Source: an uncultured virus (IMG/VR IMGVR_UViG_3300017766_004071)
Taxonomy: Duplodnaviria; Heunggongvirae; Uroviricota; Caudoviricetes
Length of the DNA: 64,000 bases
Direction: 5' to 3' (one strand)
IMG/VR virus record: IMGVR_UViG_3300017766_004071
Coordinates: 1-64,000 of that record
Part shown: positions 1 to 9,762 of the stretch, in pieces
Position numbering within the stretch: position 1 is the stretch's first letter
Layout of the letters: each line of letters opens with the position of its first letter
Translations under genes and position numbers: made by a program
The notes under the pieces: generated by a model
Seen by the model: the letters and a program-made list of their open reading frames with translations, nothing else
Databases searched by the model: none
Told to the model about the DNA's origin: nothing

Positions 1-463
1 TAACAAAAATAAAGTTGGCAATTATCCTTTAGATTCGGTAAATCCTAATAAAGGTAGATATAAAAAAATCATAGCACATTTACCTTTAAATGGAGCTTCC
101 ATTCTCAATGGTGTAGATTTATTACCACCAATTGAAGATGATGTTGAAAGGTTGGCAGAAGAGTATTCTAAAAATCATTCAATATATGAAACTGCACAAG
201 ACGATGTTTATCATGGATTTTTCCAAGGCTATAACAAAGCCAAAGCGAAGTATAAGTACACAGAGGAGGATATGAGAGAGGCCTTTAAAGCAGGACAATT
301 AGATAAAGGTAATAATTGGTATGGAGGGGATTTTATTGAATTTATCAAATCCCTCCAACAACTAAAGATGCCTATTGGATTTGAGTTTGAAACTAAAGAT
401 GAGTATTTAAAAAATGGAATTTTAATTAAAACTGAATGGGTGGGAAAATATATTTTTGATTAA
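1..463 (+). CDS. Hypothetical phage protein, 5' partial
   Basis: The frame of track ORF 152..463 is open back to position 2 (..KKIIAHLPLNGASILNGVDLLPP..), so the gene starts before the window. Confidence 0.75.
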   Translation, partial: NKNKVGNYPLDSVNPNKGRYKKIIAHLPLNGASILNGVDLLPPIEDDVERLAEEYSKNHSIYETAQDDVYHGFFQGYNKAKAKYKYTEEDMREAFKAGQLDKGNNWYGGDFIEFIKSLQQLKMPIGFEFETKDEYLKNGILIKTEWVGKYIFD

Positions 464-465
464 AT

Positions 466-496
466 TTTGAAATAAGAAAATCAAATTGTAATTTTG
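466..496 (+). promoter_or_regulatory. Bacteroidota housekeeping-sigma promoter
   Basis: TTTG (466) + 19 nt + TAATTTTG (489) fits -33 TTTG / -7 TAnnTTTG; ends just before the RNA at 506. Confidence 0.7.
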
Positions 497-505
497 TGAC
501 ACAAT

Positions 506-582
506 AGTCCTGTGGCGGAAGGCACACGTGACCCCTCCTTAAGTGAAGGGGAAGTTTACAGGTTCGAATCCTGTCAGGACTA
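506..582 (+). ncRNA. tRNA-like scaffold RNA, copy 1
   Basis: Acceptor AGTCCTG/CAGGACT+A, T-arm ACAGG-TTCGAAT-CCTGT, degenerate D-arm, CCCCT/AGGGG hairpin with a 10-nt loop and no canonical anticodon loop. Confidence 0.75.
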
Positions 583-597
583 CAAAAATAAAATGAT

Positions 598-876
598 ATG
601 AAAAATAAAGAAAAATTAGAATATTGGTTTTGTAAAATAGGTCCTATTGATAGAAATAAAGTTCCATTTGGAGGTGATTGGCCATTAAGACGAGCAGTTG
701 AAGATAAGTTTATAGAAATGTTTGGTAAGCAAGCTGAAAGATGTTCTAGTGGATGGGGTTTAACAGAGGAAATGAAAACAAGATTAGATATTATTTCTTT
801 ATTAACTATTACTGATTCATCTGGAGATATATTAAAACAGATTGATGAAATCTTGAGTAAAAGACCTATGAACTAA
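598..876 (+). CDS. Hypothetical protein
   Basis: ORF track; lies between two tRNA-like RNAs. Confidence 0.7.
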   Translation: MKNKEKLEYWFCKIGPIDRNKVPFGGDWPLRRAVEDKFIEMFGKQAERCSSGWGLTEEMKTRLDIISLLTITDSSGDILKQIDEILSKRPMN

Positions 877-880
877 AAAT

Positions 881-972
881 AGTCCTGTGGCGGAATTGGT
901 AGACGCAAAAATAGAATATAGGTAAGGTCGTAACCCCTTCACAATTTACAGGTTCGAATCCTGTCAGGACTA
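881..972 (+). ncRNA. tRNA-like scaffold RNA, copy 2
   Basis: AGTCCTG-TG-GCGGAATTGGTAGACGC (Leu-type D-arm), about 40-nt insert without anticodon stem, same T-arm and CAGGACTA end. Confidence 0.8.
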
Positions 973-977
973 CAAAA

Positions 978-1087
978 AGTTAGGTTGGAAGTTGGTAATC
1001 CGCCGGAGGAAAGGAGTTCGTTTGGAGGAGTAAAATCTGAGAACAAATGATTATCTGAGAATACAGGTTCGAATCCTGTCCTAACTA
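978..1087 (+). ncRNA. tRNA-like scaffold RNA, copy 3 (covariant acceptor)
   Basis: Acceptor AGTTAGG/CCTAACT+A, D-like GGAAGTTGGTAATCC, about 60-nt insert, T-arm ACAGG-TTCGAAT-CCTGT. Confidence 0.75.
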
Positions 1088-1101
1088 CAAAAAATAAAAA
1101 T

Positions 1102-1320
1102 ATGAGTTACAAAGAAGAATTTTATAATAAAGTTGGTAAACTCCCAGTAAATGAACTTAAATCTTTTCTTGAAAAAGAAAATTATACATTTGATGACTTC
1201 AGAAAAGAATATCAAAGTTGGAAAGCTGAAGAAGAACGTTATAAAAAACGATTGGATAAATTAGATAAACCAAAACAAATTATAATCATTGAACCTAACA
1301 CAAATATATGTACAGATTAA
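1102..1320 (+). CDS. Hypothetical protein
   Basis: ORF track; A-rich leader. Confidence 0.65.
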   Translation: MSYKEEFYNKVGKLPVNELKSFLEKENYTFDDFRKEYQSWKAEEERYKKRLDKLDKPKQIIIIEPNTNICTD

Positions 1321-1559
1321 CCAGAGAAAGAGACAATAAAACCATAATAGGTGAACAAGTGATATTCATTGAATGGGATGAAGATGGAAGATTTTCCAAT
1401 AAACACGATGAACCAGCTGAAGGTAGGTCAGTTATGATTGACCCCCATCATTTCAGTTATACTTGGTTAACCACAGAAATTACCTCATTCACCAAAGATG
1501 GAAATAAATTAATATTTTCAACCAAAAACTCAAATTACATTTTGGAAATTGAGGATTAA
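1308..1559 (+). CDS. Hypothetical protein
   Basis: ORF track; overlaps upstream gene. Confidence 0.7.
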   Translation: MYRLTRERDNKTIIGEQVIFIEWDEDGRFSNKHDEPAEGRSVMIDPHHFSYTWLTTEITSFTKDGNKLIFSTKNSNYILEIED

Positions 1560-1571
1560 ATCATATCTTTG
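1541..1571 (+). promoter_or_regulatory. Bacteroidota-type promoter
   Basis: TTTG + 19 nt + TATCTTTG upstream of ATG 1593. Confidence 0.6.
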
Positions 1572-1592
1572 TCCTAACAAAAAAACACAATA

Positions 1593-1997
1593 ATGGAATT
1601 TATCACACACACTCAAGCTTTAGAACTGAAACAACTGGGATTCGATGAACTTTGTTGGGCTTGGTACAATATACCTGATGAAGATGTCAGATATTGTTAT
1701 TCAGAACAAAGAAGTCCAATTACAAATAGTCACGAAGAATGGAGTGCTCAAATTTGGGGTTCTAAGGTTGAGAACATTGGATTACCAACATCATCACAAG
1801 TCTTAAAATGGTTTCGTGAGAAATATGATTATTATTGTGAGATATTTGTAGATGATAATAAGACATTTGGTTTTTTAATCAGTTATTTTGTTGAAGATGG
1901 AAGAGCTGATAAACCTATACAAAGAGGATATAATTCTTATGAAGAAGCTGAAGATGCTTGTATATCCAAGTTAATTGAAGTAGTTAAACAAAAATAA
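1593..1997 (+). CDS. Hypothetical protein, tandem paralog 1 of 3
   Basis: QALELKQLGFDE..QVLKWFREKY..YEEAEDACI motifs shared with the next two ORFs. Confidence 0.85.
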   Translation: MEFITHTQALELKQLGFDELCWAWYNIPDEDVRYCYSEQRSPITNSHEEWSAQIWGSKVENIGLPTSSQVLKWFREKYDYYCEIFVDDNKTFGFLISYFVEDGRADKPIQRGYNSYEEAEDACISKLIEVVKQK

Positions 1998-1998
1998 T

Positions 1999-2382
1999 AT
2001 GAAAGATTTATTTATATCTTATGAGCAAGCTATTCAGTTAAAAGAACTTGGATTTGATGAACCTTGTCTATTTGGTTATAACCAAGATGATGAAAATAAA
2101 TTGATGACAGTACCTCAATTATCATCTTATGACATAAATTCAGCTAAAAATAGTGATGCGAGTAAAATTAATAAAGTTACAGCTCCACTCAAACAACAAG
2201 TTCTACGATGGTTCAGAGAGAAGTGTGAATTGCATGGGTATATTGAAGGAATGTATCCTTGGTGTAGATACTACATCAACTCAGAAGATGATAGGTGGGA
2301 GGGACATAAATACAATACGTATGAGGAATGCGAGAATTCCCTTACCAACAAATTAATTGAAATCGTTAAAAACAAACCATAA
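1999..2382 (+). CDS. Hypothetical protein, tandem paralog 2 of 3
   Basis: YEQAIQLKELGFDEPC..QQVLRWFREK. Confidence 0.85.
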   Translation: MKDLFISYEQAIQLKELGFDEPCLFGYNQDDENKLMTVPQLSSYDINSAKNSDASKINKVTAPLKQQVLRWFREKCELHGYIEGMYPWCRYYINSEDDRWEGHKYNTYEECENSLTNKLIEIVKNKP

Positions 2383-2777
2383 TGAAAGATTTATTTGTAT
2401 CTTACGAACAAGCACTCCAACTTAAAGAGTTGGGATTTAATGAACCTTGTTTAAAAGTTGGTAATCCAAATGGACATATTTTGTGGAAGTTTATGGATGT
2501 TCTTGATGTTGAAGGTGTTGACATTGGTGATATAATGAAAGAGAAGTTTGATGATAGGTTTGTTGAAATACCACTCAAACAACAGGTCTTCAAATGGTTC
2601 AGAGAGAAATATAATATCATTGGACTCATTGAAGGGGGTTTTGATATGACAAACATATTCACATATTGTATATGGGAGGGATTTAAAGATAAAATTTATG
2701 ATGATTATTATGGAACTTATGAGGAGGCTGAGGATGTTCTAATTAATATATTGATTGATAAAGTTAAAAACAAATAA
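2382..2777 (+). CDS. Hypothetical protein, tandem paralog 3 of 3
   Basis: YEQALQLKELGFNEPC..QQVFKWFREKY. Confidence 0.85.
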   Translation: MKDLFVSYEQALQLKELGFNEPCLKVGNPNGHILWKFMDVLDVEGVDIGDIMKEKFDDRFVEIPLKQQVFKWFREKYNIIGLIEGGFDMTNIFTYCIWEGFKDKIYDDYYGTYEEAEDVLINILIDKVKNK

Positions 2778-2778
2778 T

Positions 2779-3537
2779 ATGAAAAACATACACGTATTAC
2801 CAACAGACAAAGGAACAGGTAGTTTAGCTAAATCACCCAATACTAAGTATTATGTAGTTTCTGACCATAATAGAGGTATTTCTGACCATATAGATTATAA
2901 CATCTACATCACCAATGATGAGAATCCTAAAGCAGGGGAATGGTCACTATATCGAGGAAAAATACATAAATGTATTGAAAATATTGTTGGTGATGAATTT
3001 AAAAAAATCATCCTAACAACAGACCAAGACTTAATCAAAGATGGTGTACAAGCTATTGATGAAACATTCTTGGAGTGGTATGTAAAGAATCCAAGTTGTG
3101 AGGAGGTTGAAGTTGAAAAACAACGGATATGCGAAAATTGTGGTGTAGAAGATTGTAATAATTTTAGATGTAGAGGTTATGATAATGTTTTAAGATATGA
3201 AATTGTTTTTCCACAAGAAGAACCTAAACAAGAATGGAATCCAACACAAGGTGAAGAAGTTTGGATTAAAGTATTTTCAAATTGGTCAAAAGGAACTTAT
3301 ATTGGGTATGATGTAGCCAAACAGACCCACATAGTTAGAGAAGAAGAAAAAGGAGGAGGACATTTATTTTCAAGTACTGAAGTTTTACCTTACCACGCAA
3401 TGCCAAATGAACCTAAACAAGAAACATTGAAAAAAGTTGAAGAAAACATCGATAGAGAAGAATGGATACACTTTTTTAAAAATAATTCAAAAGAAGAAAT
3501 TTTAGAGTATTTAATTAATTATAAATTTCCATTATGA
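2779..3537 (+). CDS. Hypothetical phage protein (MKNIHVLPT..KIILTTDQDLI)
   Basis: ORF track 2755..3537; ATG 2779 just after the previous stop is the likelier start. Confidence 0.75.
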   Translation: MKNIHVLPTDKGTGSLAKSPNTKYYVVSDHNRGISDHIDYNIYITNDENPKAGEWSLYRGKIHKCIENIVGDEFKKIILTTDQDLIKDGVQAIDETFLEWYVKNPSCEEVEVEKQRICENCGVEDCNNFRCRGYDNVLRYEIVFPQEEPKQEWNPTQGEEVWIKVFSNWSKGTYIGYDVAKQTHIVREEEKGGGHLFSSTEVLPYHAMPNEPKQETLKKVEENIDREEWIHFFKNNSKEEILEYLINYKFPL

Positions 3538-3788
3538 AAAACGAAAAACTTGAAGAAGCCGCAAAAAAATATAGTAATATTCCTGTAAATAGAGTAATAG
3601 ATACTGAAGAAAGGTATTTTAATGGTAATGTAAGAGATTATGATTCTTTTATAGAAGGTGCTAAATGGCAAGCAGAACAAAGTGAACATAAAATATCTGA
3701 AGCATATGAACGTGGATTAAATGCACTAATCCCACTAATTGAAAACTTAAATAAAGAAATTACTGAATTAAAAAGAAAAGGGATATGA
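3534..3788 (+). CDS. Hypothetical protein (FIEGAKWQ motif)
   Basis: ORF track; ATGA overlap. Confidence 0.75.
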   Translation: MKNEKLEEAAKKYSNIPVNRVIDTEERYFNGNVRDYDSFIEGAKWQAEQSEHKISEAYERGLNALIPLIENLNKEITELKRKGI

Positions 3789-4171
3789 TACAACTAAAAT
3801 GGCTTAAAACACAATTGGAAACTTATGGTAGTCCTGACCAATGTGAAGTTGATTGGAAAACATTAGATGAACTATTTGAACAAGCAAAACAAATGAATGA
3901 CCTTAAAGGTAAAACATTTCAAATGACTGAAGGTCACCTAAAACTATTAAGTAATCTTAATGTTGTATGGATAAGAGGTGAATATGGACTTCACGTTGAA
4001 AATGATATTGCAGACATATTAAGTTGCGAAGAACCTTTAACAAAATCAGCAGAAAGAATATACAGAGAACTTGAAACAGCTCTCCAAATAGTCTTGGTTA
4101 CTCAAAAGTTTGAACCAGGATTATACCACCTTGAAAATGAATTTACAAAAGATTGGAAAAAAATTGGATAA
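3785..4171 (+). CDS. Hypothetical protein
   Basis: ORF track; ATGA overlap. Confidence 0.7.
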   Translation: MIQLKWLKTQLETYGSPDQCEVDWKTLDELFEQAKQMNDLKGKTFQMTEGHLKLLSNLNVVWIRGEYGLHVENDIADILSCEEPLTKSAERIYRELETALQIVLVTQKFEPGLYHLENEFTKDWKKIG

Positions 4172-4172
4172 T

Positions 4173-4550
4173 ATGAGAATGGCCAAAGCCCCACAGAAAC
4201 ACATTGATAAATTGAGAAACTTCTTACAATTCACAGAAGAATTATGTAAGATTGACCCAACCAATAGTAGAGAATGGGAAAAACTTAAAGAAGATTGGGA
4301 AGACGATGAAGATTATACAGAAATAATTAAAGATTGTGAAAGTAGAGAAGGATTCAAGTACGAATTTTATTTTGATTTTTTCCAATCCAATATCTCCCAC
4401 ATATATGGAAGAATATTAATGGGATATGAAGTTTTAGTTGAAAATGCTTGTAATCCTGAACTTGACTATTTGGATTACAATGACGATATTAAAAAAGGAT
4501 TAGAATTATTAGAAAAAACAGAAGAAGATGAAAGACAGAATACAAATTGA
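4173..4550 (+). CDS. Hypothetical protein
   Basis: ORF track 4110..4550; likely ATG at 4173. Confidence 0.7.
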   Translation: MRMAKAPQKHIDKLRNFLQFTEELCKIDPTNSREWEKLKEDWEDDEDYTEIIKDCESREGFKYEFYFDFFQSNISHIYGRILMGYEVLVENACNPELDYLDYNDDIKKGLELLEKTEEDERQNTN

Positions 4551-4893
4551 TGGTGTTTGGTATGTTAGAGAAACTGAACCACAACCTGAATTCCTTGATG
4601 TAAAAATACATACATCATTAAGTGCTCATTATGAAAATGAAGATTATAGTTGGGAAGCCATAAGAACATACAAAGATGATAATGAAACTTTCTATCAAGG
4701 TTTTGATATAAAGTTTACTGATAAAAATATCAAACCTTGGAAAGAAGAATATTGGGATAATCCGACATGGTTTCAAAGTGTTTATGAAAATGACCCAAAT
4801 GTAATCAATGAGTTATTAGAAGAAATGAATGAAAATGGCATTAAACACTTTAGGTCATTTCTTAACGAATTAAATAAATTAGGATGGTTCTGA
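4528..4893 (+). CDS. Hypothetical protein
   Basis: ORF track. Confidence 0.7.
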   Translation: MKDRIQIDGVWYVRETEPQPEFLDVKIHTSLSAHYENEDYSWEAIRTYKDDNETFYQGFDIKFTDKNIKPWKEEYWDNPTWFQSVYENDPNVINELLEEMNENGIKHFRSFLNELNKLGWF

Positions 4894-5065
4894 TATGATA
4901 CTAAAGGGAATTATAAAAATGATGAATCTTTAAATTGTTTATAACGATTTGGTATATGAAATGTAACCTAAGTAATACATTAATATTATACACTGAACTA
5001 TAATAGGTTATATTTATATACCTTGTTATACATAGTATGGTTTGTTTAATTAAAATTTTAATAAT

Positions 5066-5461
5066 ATGATATACGATTTAATAGAAACAAAAAAAGCTAA
5101 AATAATACGAAATAATCCAAATAAGCATATCCCAAATAAGATTGAATCTAAATTACTGAGAAAACTTATGTCGGAAAATTCATTAAGTGAGGAAGAAATT
5201 CGTTCAAATATTAAATTTAGGAGAATGCTTGCTGAAGCAAGTAAATTAAATAAGACTAAAATGAATGATAAAGTTAATAAATGGTATTATAATATAATTA
5301 AAATCGCTTGTCGAAAAAGTAAGTTAGTACCACAACACCCTAATACAATAAAAATAATTCAAACTATCTTAGATGACTATTCTTCTTGGAATATACCTTG
5401 GTTTATTTATAATATCAATACTAAAGCAGAAAATGTTGTGAAGTTATATGCAAAAAAATAA
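5066..5461 (+). CDS. Hypothetical basic protein
   Basis: ORF track. Confidence 0.65.
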   Translation: MIYDLIETKKAKIIRNNPNKHIPNKIESKLLRKLMSENSLSEEEIRSNIKFRRMLAEASKLNKTKMNDKVNKWYYNIIKIACRKSKLVPQHPNTIKIIQTILDDYSSWNIPWFIYNINTKAENVVKLYAKK

Positions 5462-5696
5462 ACTTAATTTGAAATACGAATGTAGTATTGTGTATAACGG
5501 TTACAGATATAGATGGGGTAATTTCAATGTCTATGTTAGTAAAGAACCAACAACCGAAGTATTTGACGCAGTTAATGGCGATAATATTCTATCCATAGAT
5601 AATCACGGAGAACAATTTGATGGTTATATGGAAAATGAAACAATGTTAAACCTTATAAAAAATATAATTGATTATGAACAAAGAACAAATGGATGA
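5448..5696 (+). CDS. Hypothetical protein
   Basis: ORF track. Confidence 0.6.
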   Translation: MQKNKLNLKYECSIVYNGYRYRWGNFNVYVSKEPTTEVFDAVNGDNILSIDNHGEQFDGYMENETMLNLIKNIIDYEQRTNG

Positions 5697-6057
5697 ATTC
5701 CTCCAATCAATTGGGGGCTTTAAAAATGGTTTTAATTTGGAATCAAATCCAATCACAGACTCAGATTTCTTTGAAGTTGGGTTAGGTTGGTTTCCTCTTA
5801 TCAAAGACCTTATCACCGACCTTATTGAACTTGGTTGGAATAAAGAAGTATGTCAAGTTAAAGAAAAGTTCGGAGGATTGAGATTCTACATCAATGCGGC
5901 AACAAGTGAAGTCCATAAAAGAATATCTCAAGCTGAAATTGAAAGTATGAACATTTGTGAAGTAACAGGAAAACCTGGTAAACTCAGAACTGATATTGGA
6001 TGGTATAGAACTCTATGTGATGAAGAATATAATAAGATTATATCCAAAAACATATAA
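5674..6057 (+). CDS. Conserved phage protein (QVKEKFGGLRFY motif, Cys/Zn-like C-terminus)
   Basis: GW..L...QVKEKFGGLRFY...CEVTG..G..W..TLC pattern typical of a widespread phage hypothetical family. Confidence 0.8.
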   Translation: MNKEQMDEFLQSIGGFKNGFNLESNPITDSDFFEVGLGWFPLIKDLITDLIELGWNKEVCQVKEKFGGLRFYINAATSEVHKRISQAEIESMNICEVTGKPGKLRTDIGWYRTLCDEEYNKIISKNI

Positions 6058-6167
6058 AAATTAAAAACGGACTTCTGGCTCAATAGAGCACGAGTAAATA
6101 CATATAATCAAAAAAGTAAATAGTAAAAGGTGATGGTTTAAGATATTTATTATTAAAAACCAAACCT

Positions 6168-6455
6168 ATGAAGAAAAAGTATTTTTTTATTGAAATGTTT
6201 AAAGATGAAAATGACATCAACGAAAAATCAGTAGTTGGATTCATTTCATTTATGATGATGGTAATTGCAATGGGTGTTGACATCGTTACTGGTGTCACAG
6301 GAAAAGAATTGTTAATCAATCAATTCATCTTTGATGGATTTATGTATTTAACAATTGCGTCATTCGGTATTGCATCCGTTGACAAATGGATTGTTTCCAA
6401 AAGAGGAAGCAAGGGACAAACAGAAACTCCAGTTGACCCAACATTACCAATGTAA
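6168..6455 (+). CDS. Small two-TM membrane protein (holin-like)
   Basis: Two hydrophobic segments; followed by a terminator. Confidence 0.6.
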   Translation: MKKKYFFIEMFKDENDINEKSVVGFISFMMMVIAMGVDIVTGVTGKELLINQFIFDGFMYLTIASFGIASVDKWIVSKRGSKGQTETPVDPTLPM

Positions 6456-6477
6456 TCAACAAGAAAAAGTTCTTATT

Positions 6478-6510
6478 AAAAGGTGATAGGTTATCTTATC
6501 ACCTTTTTTT
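6478..6510 (+). terminator. Intrinsic terminator
   Basis: AAAAGGTGATAGG-TTAT-CTTATCACCTTTT followed by a T-run. Confidence 0.75.
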
Positions 6511-6547
6511 ATTCATCTTTTAATATTTATATTGATAATATCTACAA

Positions 6548-7183
6548 ATGAACTTACAAGAAACAATAAGAAGAATATTAAGGGAAGAAATTGATGAAAA
6601 TAGAAAAGAAAGAATATTTAAGAAAGTTGTTAATGTTCTAACAACATCAATATATCCAAGAGAAAAAGGAAACAAAATTATATTTTGGTTTATATCTGAC
6701 CAATTAAACGAACCAGTATTTGAATATAGCAAACCAAAGAAAACATTAAAAGTTCTTAAAGGTAGAGTTAAAAACTATTTGGATACATTTATACCTGAAT
6801 CATTAGGTGATGAATTTAGAACTAATGTTCTAAAAAATGTGTTTAATAATCTAACTTCAGATTCATTAACACTTAATAAAATCATTGTTGAAAATCAATC
6901 AATGAAGGGTATTATGACTGAATCAACATTCTTTCGTAGAAGAATAGAATTTAATAGACTGCAAAAATTATTTAAATTGTTTGCACAACAAGTGTATTAT
7001 GAAACAGAAAGTTATGAACAATTTAAATATGAATTGGTTTTAAAATGTGTTGAATATATTATATGGGAAGATTATGAAATGGGGTATGATGAATTACCTG
7101 AACAAGAAGAAATTAAATTTGTTAAAGATGTTTCAGAAATGTTTGATGACAAAATAAAAAATTTGTATAACAAGATGTCATGA
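6548..7183 (+). CDS. Leader-tagged protein (MNLQETIRRILREE)
   Basis: ORF track; leader shared with 8595; TATTTAT at 6524. Confidence 0.8.
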   Translation: MNLQETIRRILREEIDENRKERIFKKVVNVLTTSIYPREKGNKIIFWFISDQLNEPVFEYSKPKKTLKVLKGRVKNYLDTFIPESLGDEFRTNVLKNVFNNLTSDSLTLNKIIVENQSMKGIMTESTFFRRRIEFNRLQKLFKLFAQQVYYETESYEQFKYELVLKCVEYIIWEDYEMGYDELPEQEEIKFVKDVSEMFDDKIKNLYNKMS

Positions 7184-7683
7184 ATTTATTAGAACAAATA
7201 AATAGAATACAATCAATGATGGGTACTCTTAATGAAGACTCAATCAATTCACCAAGACAAAAATTGGAAAGATTAATTGAACGTCAAGGTTTAGTAGAAA
7301 TTGTTAAAATGATTGGTGTTGACAAAGTATCAAAAATATTAGAAACCACACCATTTCAATTAACACAAGATTTCTTTCTTGATAAAACATTTTCAATAGA
7401 TGATTTCGATGTCAATACTGGTGGATATGATTTTACTTTCGAGATTACCGATATTGATGAAGAAGGTGATGATGTATGGTATGTATATGCCAAAATAGGT
7501 GATGGAACTGTAATGTTGTTAACTGATGATAATTACGAACCAAAAGATTTATGGGACTCAGATTTATGGCAAGAAGATTATTGGTGGGAAATCCAAGGTG
7601 AAATTATGGAAATTATTTATGTCATTCTTTTACCATTTATACCAAAAAATATAGACATAAAAGTAGAACACAACTTAATGTAA
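7180..7683 (+). CDS. Leader-tagged acidic protein (MNLLEQINRIQSMM)
   Basis: Leader plus KLERLIERQGL module shared with 9234. Confidence 0.85.
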   Translation: MNLLEQINRIQSMMGTLNEDSINSPRQKLERLIERQGLVEIVKMIGVDKVSKILETTPFQLTQDFFLDKTFSIDDFDVNTGGYDFTFEITDIDEEGDDVWYVYAKIGDGTVMLLTDDNYEPKDLWDSDLWQEDYWWEIQGEIMEIIYVILLPFIPKNIDIKVEHNLM

Positions 7684-7684
7684 T

Positions 7685-7960
7685 ATGAACCTACAAGAAC
7701 AAATAAATAGAATACAAGAAATGATGGGAATTATCAATGAAAGTTCATTAGATGATATGATTAAAGATTTATCTGATGATGAAAGAAAATTCCTTGAAGA
7801 TTTTGGAGACGAAGTTAGATTGAGAAAATTTATGACATCTGAAGAAATAAAGATGGCAAATAAACTGGTTAAAAAAGGATTAATGGAAAAGGGAACATCT
7901 GATGAAAAGAAGTCAAGTGTAACCTATTATGTTGATTCATCAATATACAGAAGATTATGA
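7685..7960 (+). CDS. Leader-tagged protein
   Basis: MNLQEQINRIQEMMGIINE. Confidence 0.85.
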   Translation: MNLQEQINRIQEMMGIINESSLDDMIKDLSDDERKFLEDFGDEVRLRKFMTSEEIKMANKLVKKGLMEKGTSDEKKSSVTYYVDSSIYRRL

Positions 7961-8598
7961 ACCTACAAGAACAATTAAATAGAATACAATCAATGATGGG
8001 GGTTATTAATGAAAACATTGATGACTATTTGGATGCGATTAATAGTAAAGGACATCTATATTGGGATGAGAAAGAAAAACTTTTTATAGGTAAAAACTCA
8101 GGACTCTCAAGAGTTAGAAATTTAGATAAATTACAAGAAAAACTAGTAAATGATTTACCTGATATTATATTGTTTAAAAACGATGATTTTATTTTAATAC
8201 CATATTATGTTGATGGAGATAAGATTGAAGGTGGTGCATATAAAAGAGTTGGTAAAAATATTGAATATAGATTATGGACTAACGAAGATGGTAATATTAA
8301 ATATGGTCCCAAAATGGTTGACGATTTCAATGAATTAAAAAAAGAAGTTATTAATCAATTAAATGATACTGGTAGACCATATGTAGAAGAAAATTATGAT
8401 AACGATGATATTGATGAATGGAGAATTAAAAAAATTTCATCATATCTTGCTTCAAAATCAAATAAACAAGTCGGAGATATAATAAAAAAATGGATATCTG
8501 ATGAAAGATATTGGGATTTTAAAAAATCAATTAATGATGTTGCAAATTATATTGTTAATAAAGGTTTATGGGATAAAGTTAAGAATGAAATAATATGA
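7957..8598 (+). CDS. Leader-tagged protein
   Basis: MNLQEQLNRIQSMMGVINE. Confidence 0.85.
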   Translation: MNLQEQLNRIQSMMGVINENIDDYLDAINSKGHLYWDEKEKLFIGKNSGLSRVRNLDKLQEKLVNDLPDIILFKNDDFILIPYYVDGDKIEGGAYKRVGKNIEYRLWTNEDGNIKYGPKMVDDFNELKKEVINQLNDTGRPYVEENYDNDDIDEWRIKKISSYLASKSNKQVGDIIKKWISDERYWDFKKSINDVANYIVNKGLWDKVKNEII

Positions 8599-8843
8599 AT
8601 TTACAACAAACAATAAGAAGAATATTAAGAGAAGAATTTGATAAAACTATAACTTGTAAAGAATGTGGTTGGTCTTGGAAATTCTCTGAAGGTGGTGATG
8701 AACCATATCTATGTCATCAATGTGGAATTGATAATTCAAAAAAAGAATTAACCGAAAAATGTTGGCCTGGTTATACTCAAAAAGGAATGAAAACAATGTT
8801 TGGTAAAAGATATCCTAACTGTGTAAAAAAGACAAAAAAATGA
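8595..8843 (+). CDS. Leader-tagged Zn-ribbon protein with CWPGY..PNCV motif
   Basis: CKECG..CHQCG and KCWPGYTQKGMKTMFGKRYPNCVK. Confidence 0.8.
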   Translation: MNLQQTIRRILREEFDKTITCKECGWSWKFSEGGDEPYLCHQCGIDNSKKELTEKCWPGYTQKGMKTMFGKRYPNCVKKTKK

Positions 8844-9232
8844 ATCTACAAGAACAATTAAATAGAATCCAAGAAATGATGGGGACAATCAATGAAGATA
8901 ACAAAAAATTATCAGCAATCCAAAACCTCATCAATAGAGAAATTGATTATGTTAAACAAATATGTAAAGAAATGAATGCTGATAGTGAAGAAATTATTTC
9001 ATTTGACGCTTGTGACTTCCTTGAATCCTTAAATAGTGTTCAAGTAACCAATATCAATCCAACAGACAAAACATTCATAGTTCAAATAATAATCAAATAT
9101 GAATCAATATTTGCGGCCATGGATGAAGAAGCCTTCATCTATGAACTACAATGGCAGCTTAAAAAATATATACCCAATATTAAATTACAAGTAGAAGATT
9201 CAATAAACACTAATAAAGATAGACAATGGTAA
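8840..9232 (+). CDS. Leader-tagged protein
   Basis: MNLQEQLNRIQEMMGTINE. Confidence 0.85.
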   Translation: MNLQEQLNRIQEMMGTINEDNKKLSAIQNLINREIDYVKQICKEMNADSEEIISFDACDFLESLNSVQVTNINPTDKTFIVQIIIKYESIFAAMDEEAFIYELQWQLKKYIPNIKLQVEDSINTNKDRQW

Positions 9233-9233
9233 T

Positions 9234-9746
9234 ATGAATCTACAAGAACAAATAAATAGAATTCAAGAAATGATGGGGGTTATTAATGAGGAATCAAATA
9301 ACACAGTCAAAGAAAAATTAGAAAGACTAATTGAACGACAAGGTTTATTAGAAGTTGTTAAAATGGTTGGTGTTGATAAAGTATTAGAAATATTGCAATT
9401 AGAACCAAACGATTTATACTACCAATTATTAGATGACATATTCAATAACCTAACAATTGAAAGACTTTACCCAGATGAACCACAACTTATCGCATATCAG
9501 TGGTTAGATAAAAATGGAAACAAAGCATTTGAGAAGAATCATTGGGGTAGGTTTTTTATTAGAGAATTTAGTCTCATCAAACCAATTAAATCCTTAGCAA
9601 AGAATTTTTTATCATTAACTAATGAAGAATATGAAAAAACATTAATTAATTATTTGAATACAAGATATAAAGAAGAATTTGAAAATAGACCCATTCGTGA
9701 TATTGATAAATCAATTAGATTTTTTGACGATGATGATGCTTGGTAA
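9234..9746 (+). CDS. Leader-tagged protein
   Basis: MNLQEQINRIQEMMGVINEE; KLERLIERQGL module. Confidence 0.85.
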   Translation: MNLQEQINRIQEMMGVINEESNNTVKEKLERLIERQGLLEVVKMVGVDKVLEILQLEPNDLYYQLLDDIFNNLTIERLYPDEPQLIAYQWLDKNGNKAFEKNHWGRFFIREFSLIKPIKSLAKNFLSLTNEEYEKTLINYLNTRYKEEFENRPIRDIDKSIRFFDDDDAW

Positions 9747-9762
9747 CAATATAACAAAATTA

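Noticed and set aside
920..934. AAGGTCGTAAC resembles the 16S rRNA 3' region AAGTCGTAAC
   Set aside because: The match is short and imperfect; no rRNA gene is present.
506..1087. CRISPR array or ordinary tRNA-Leu genes
   Set aside because: The constant parts are tRNA arms flanking each insert, the spacing is irregular, no cas genes are seen, and no anticodon loop can be drawn.
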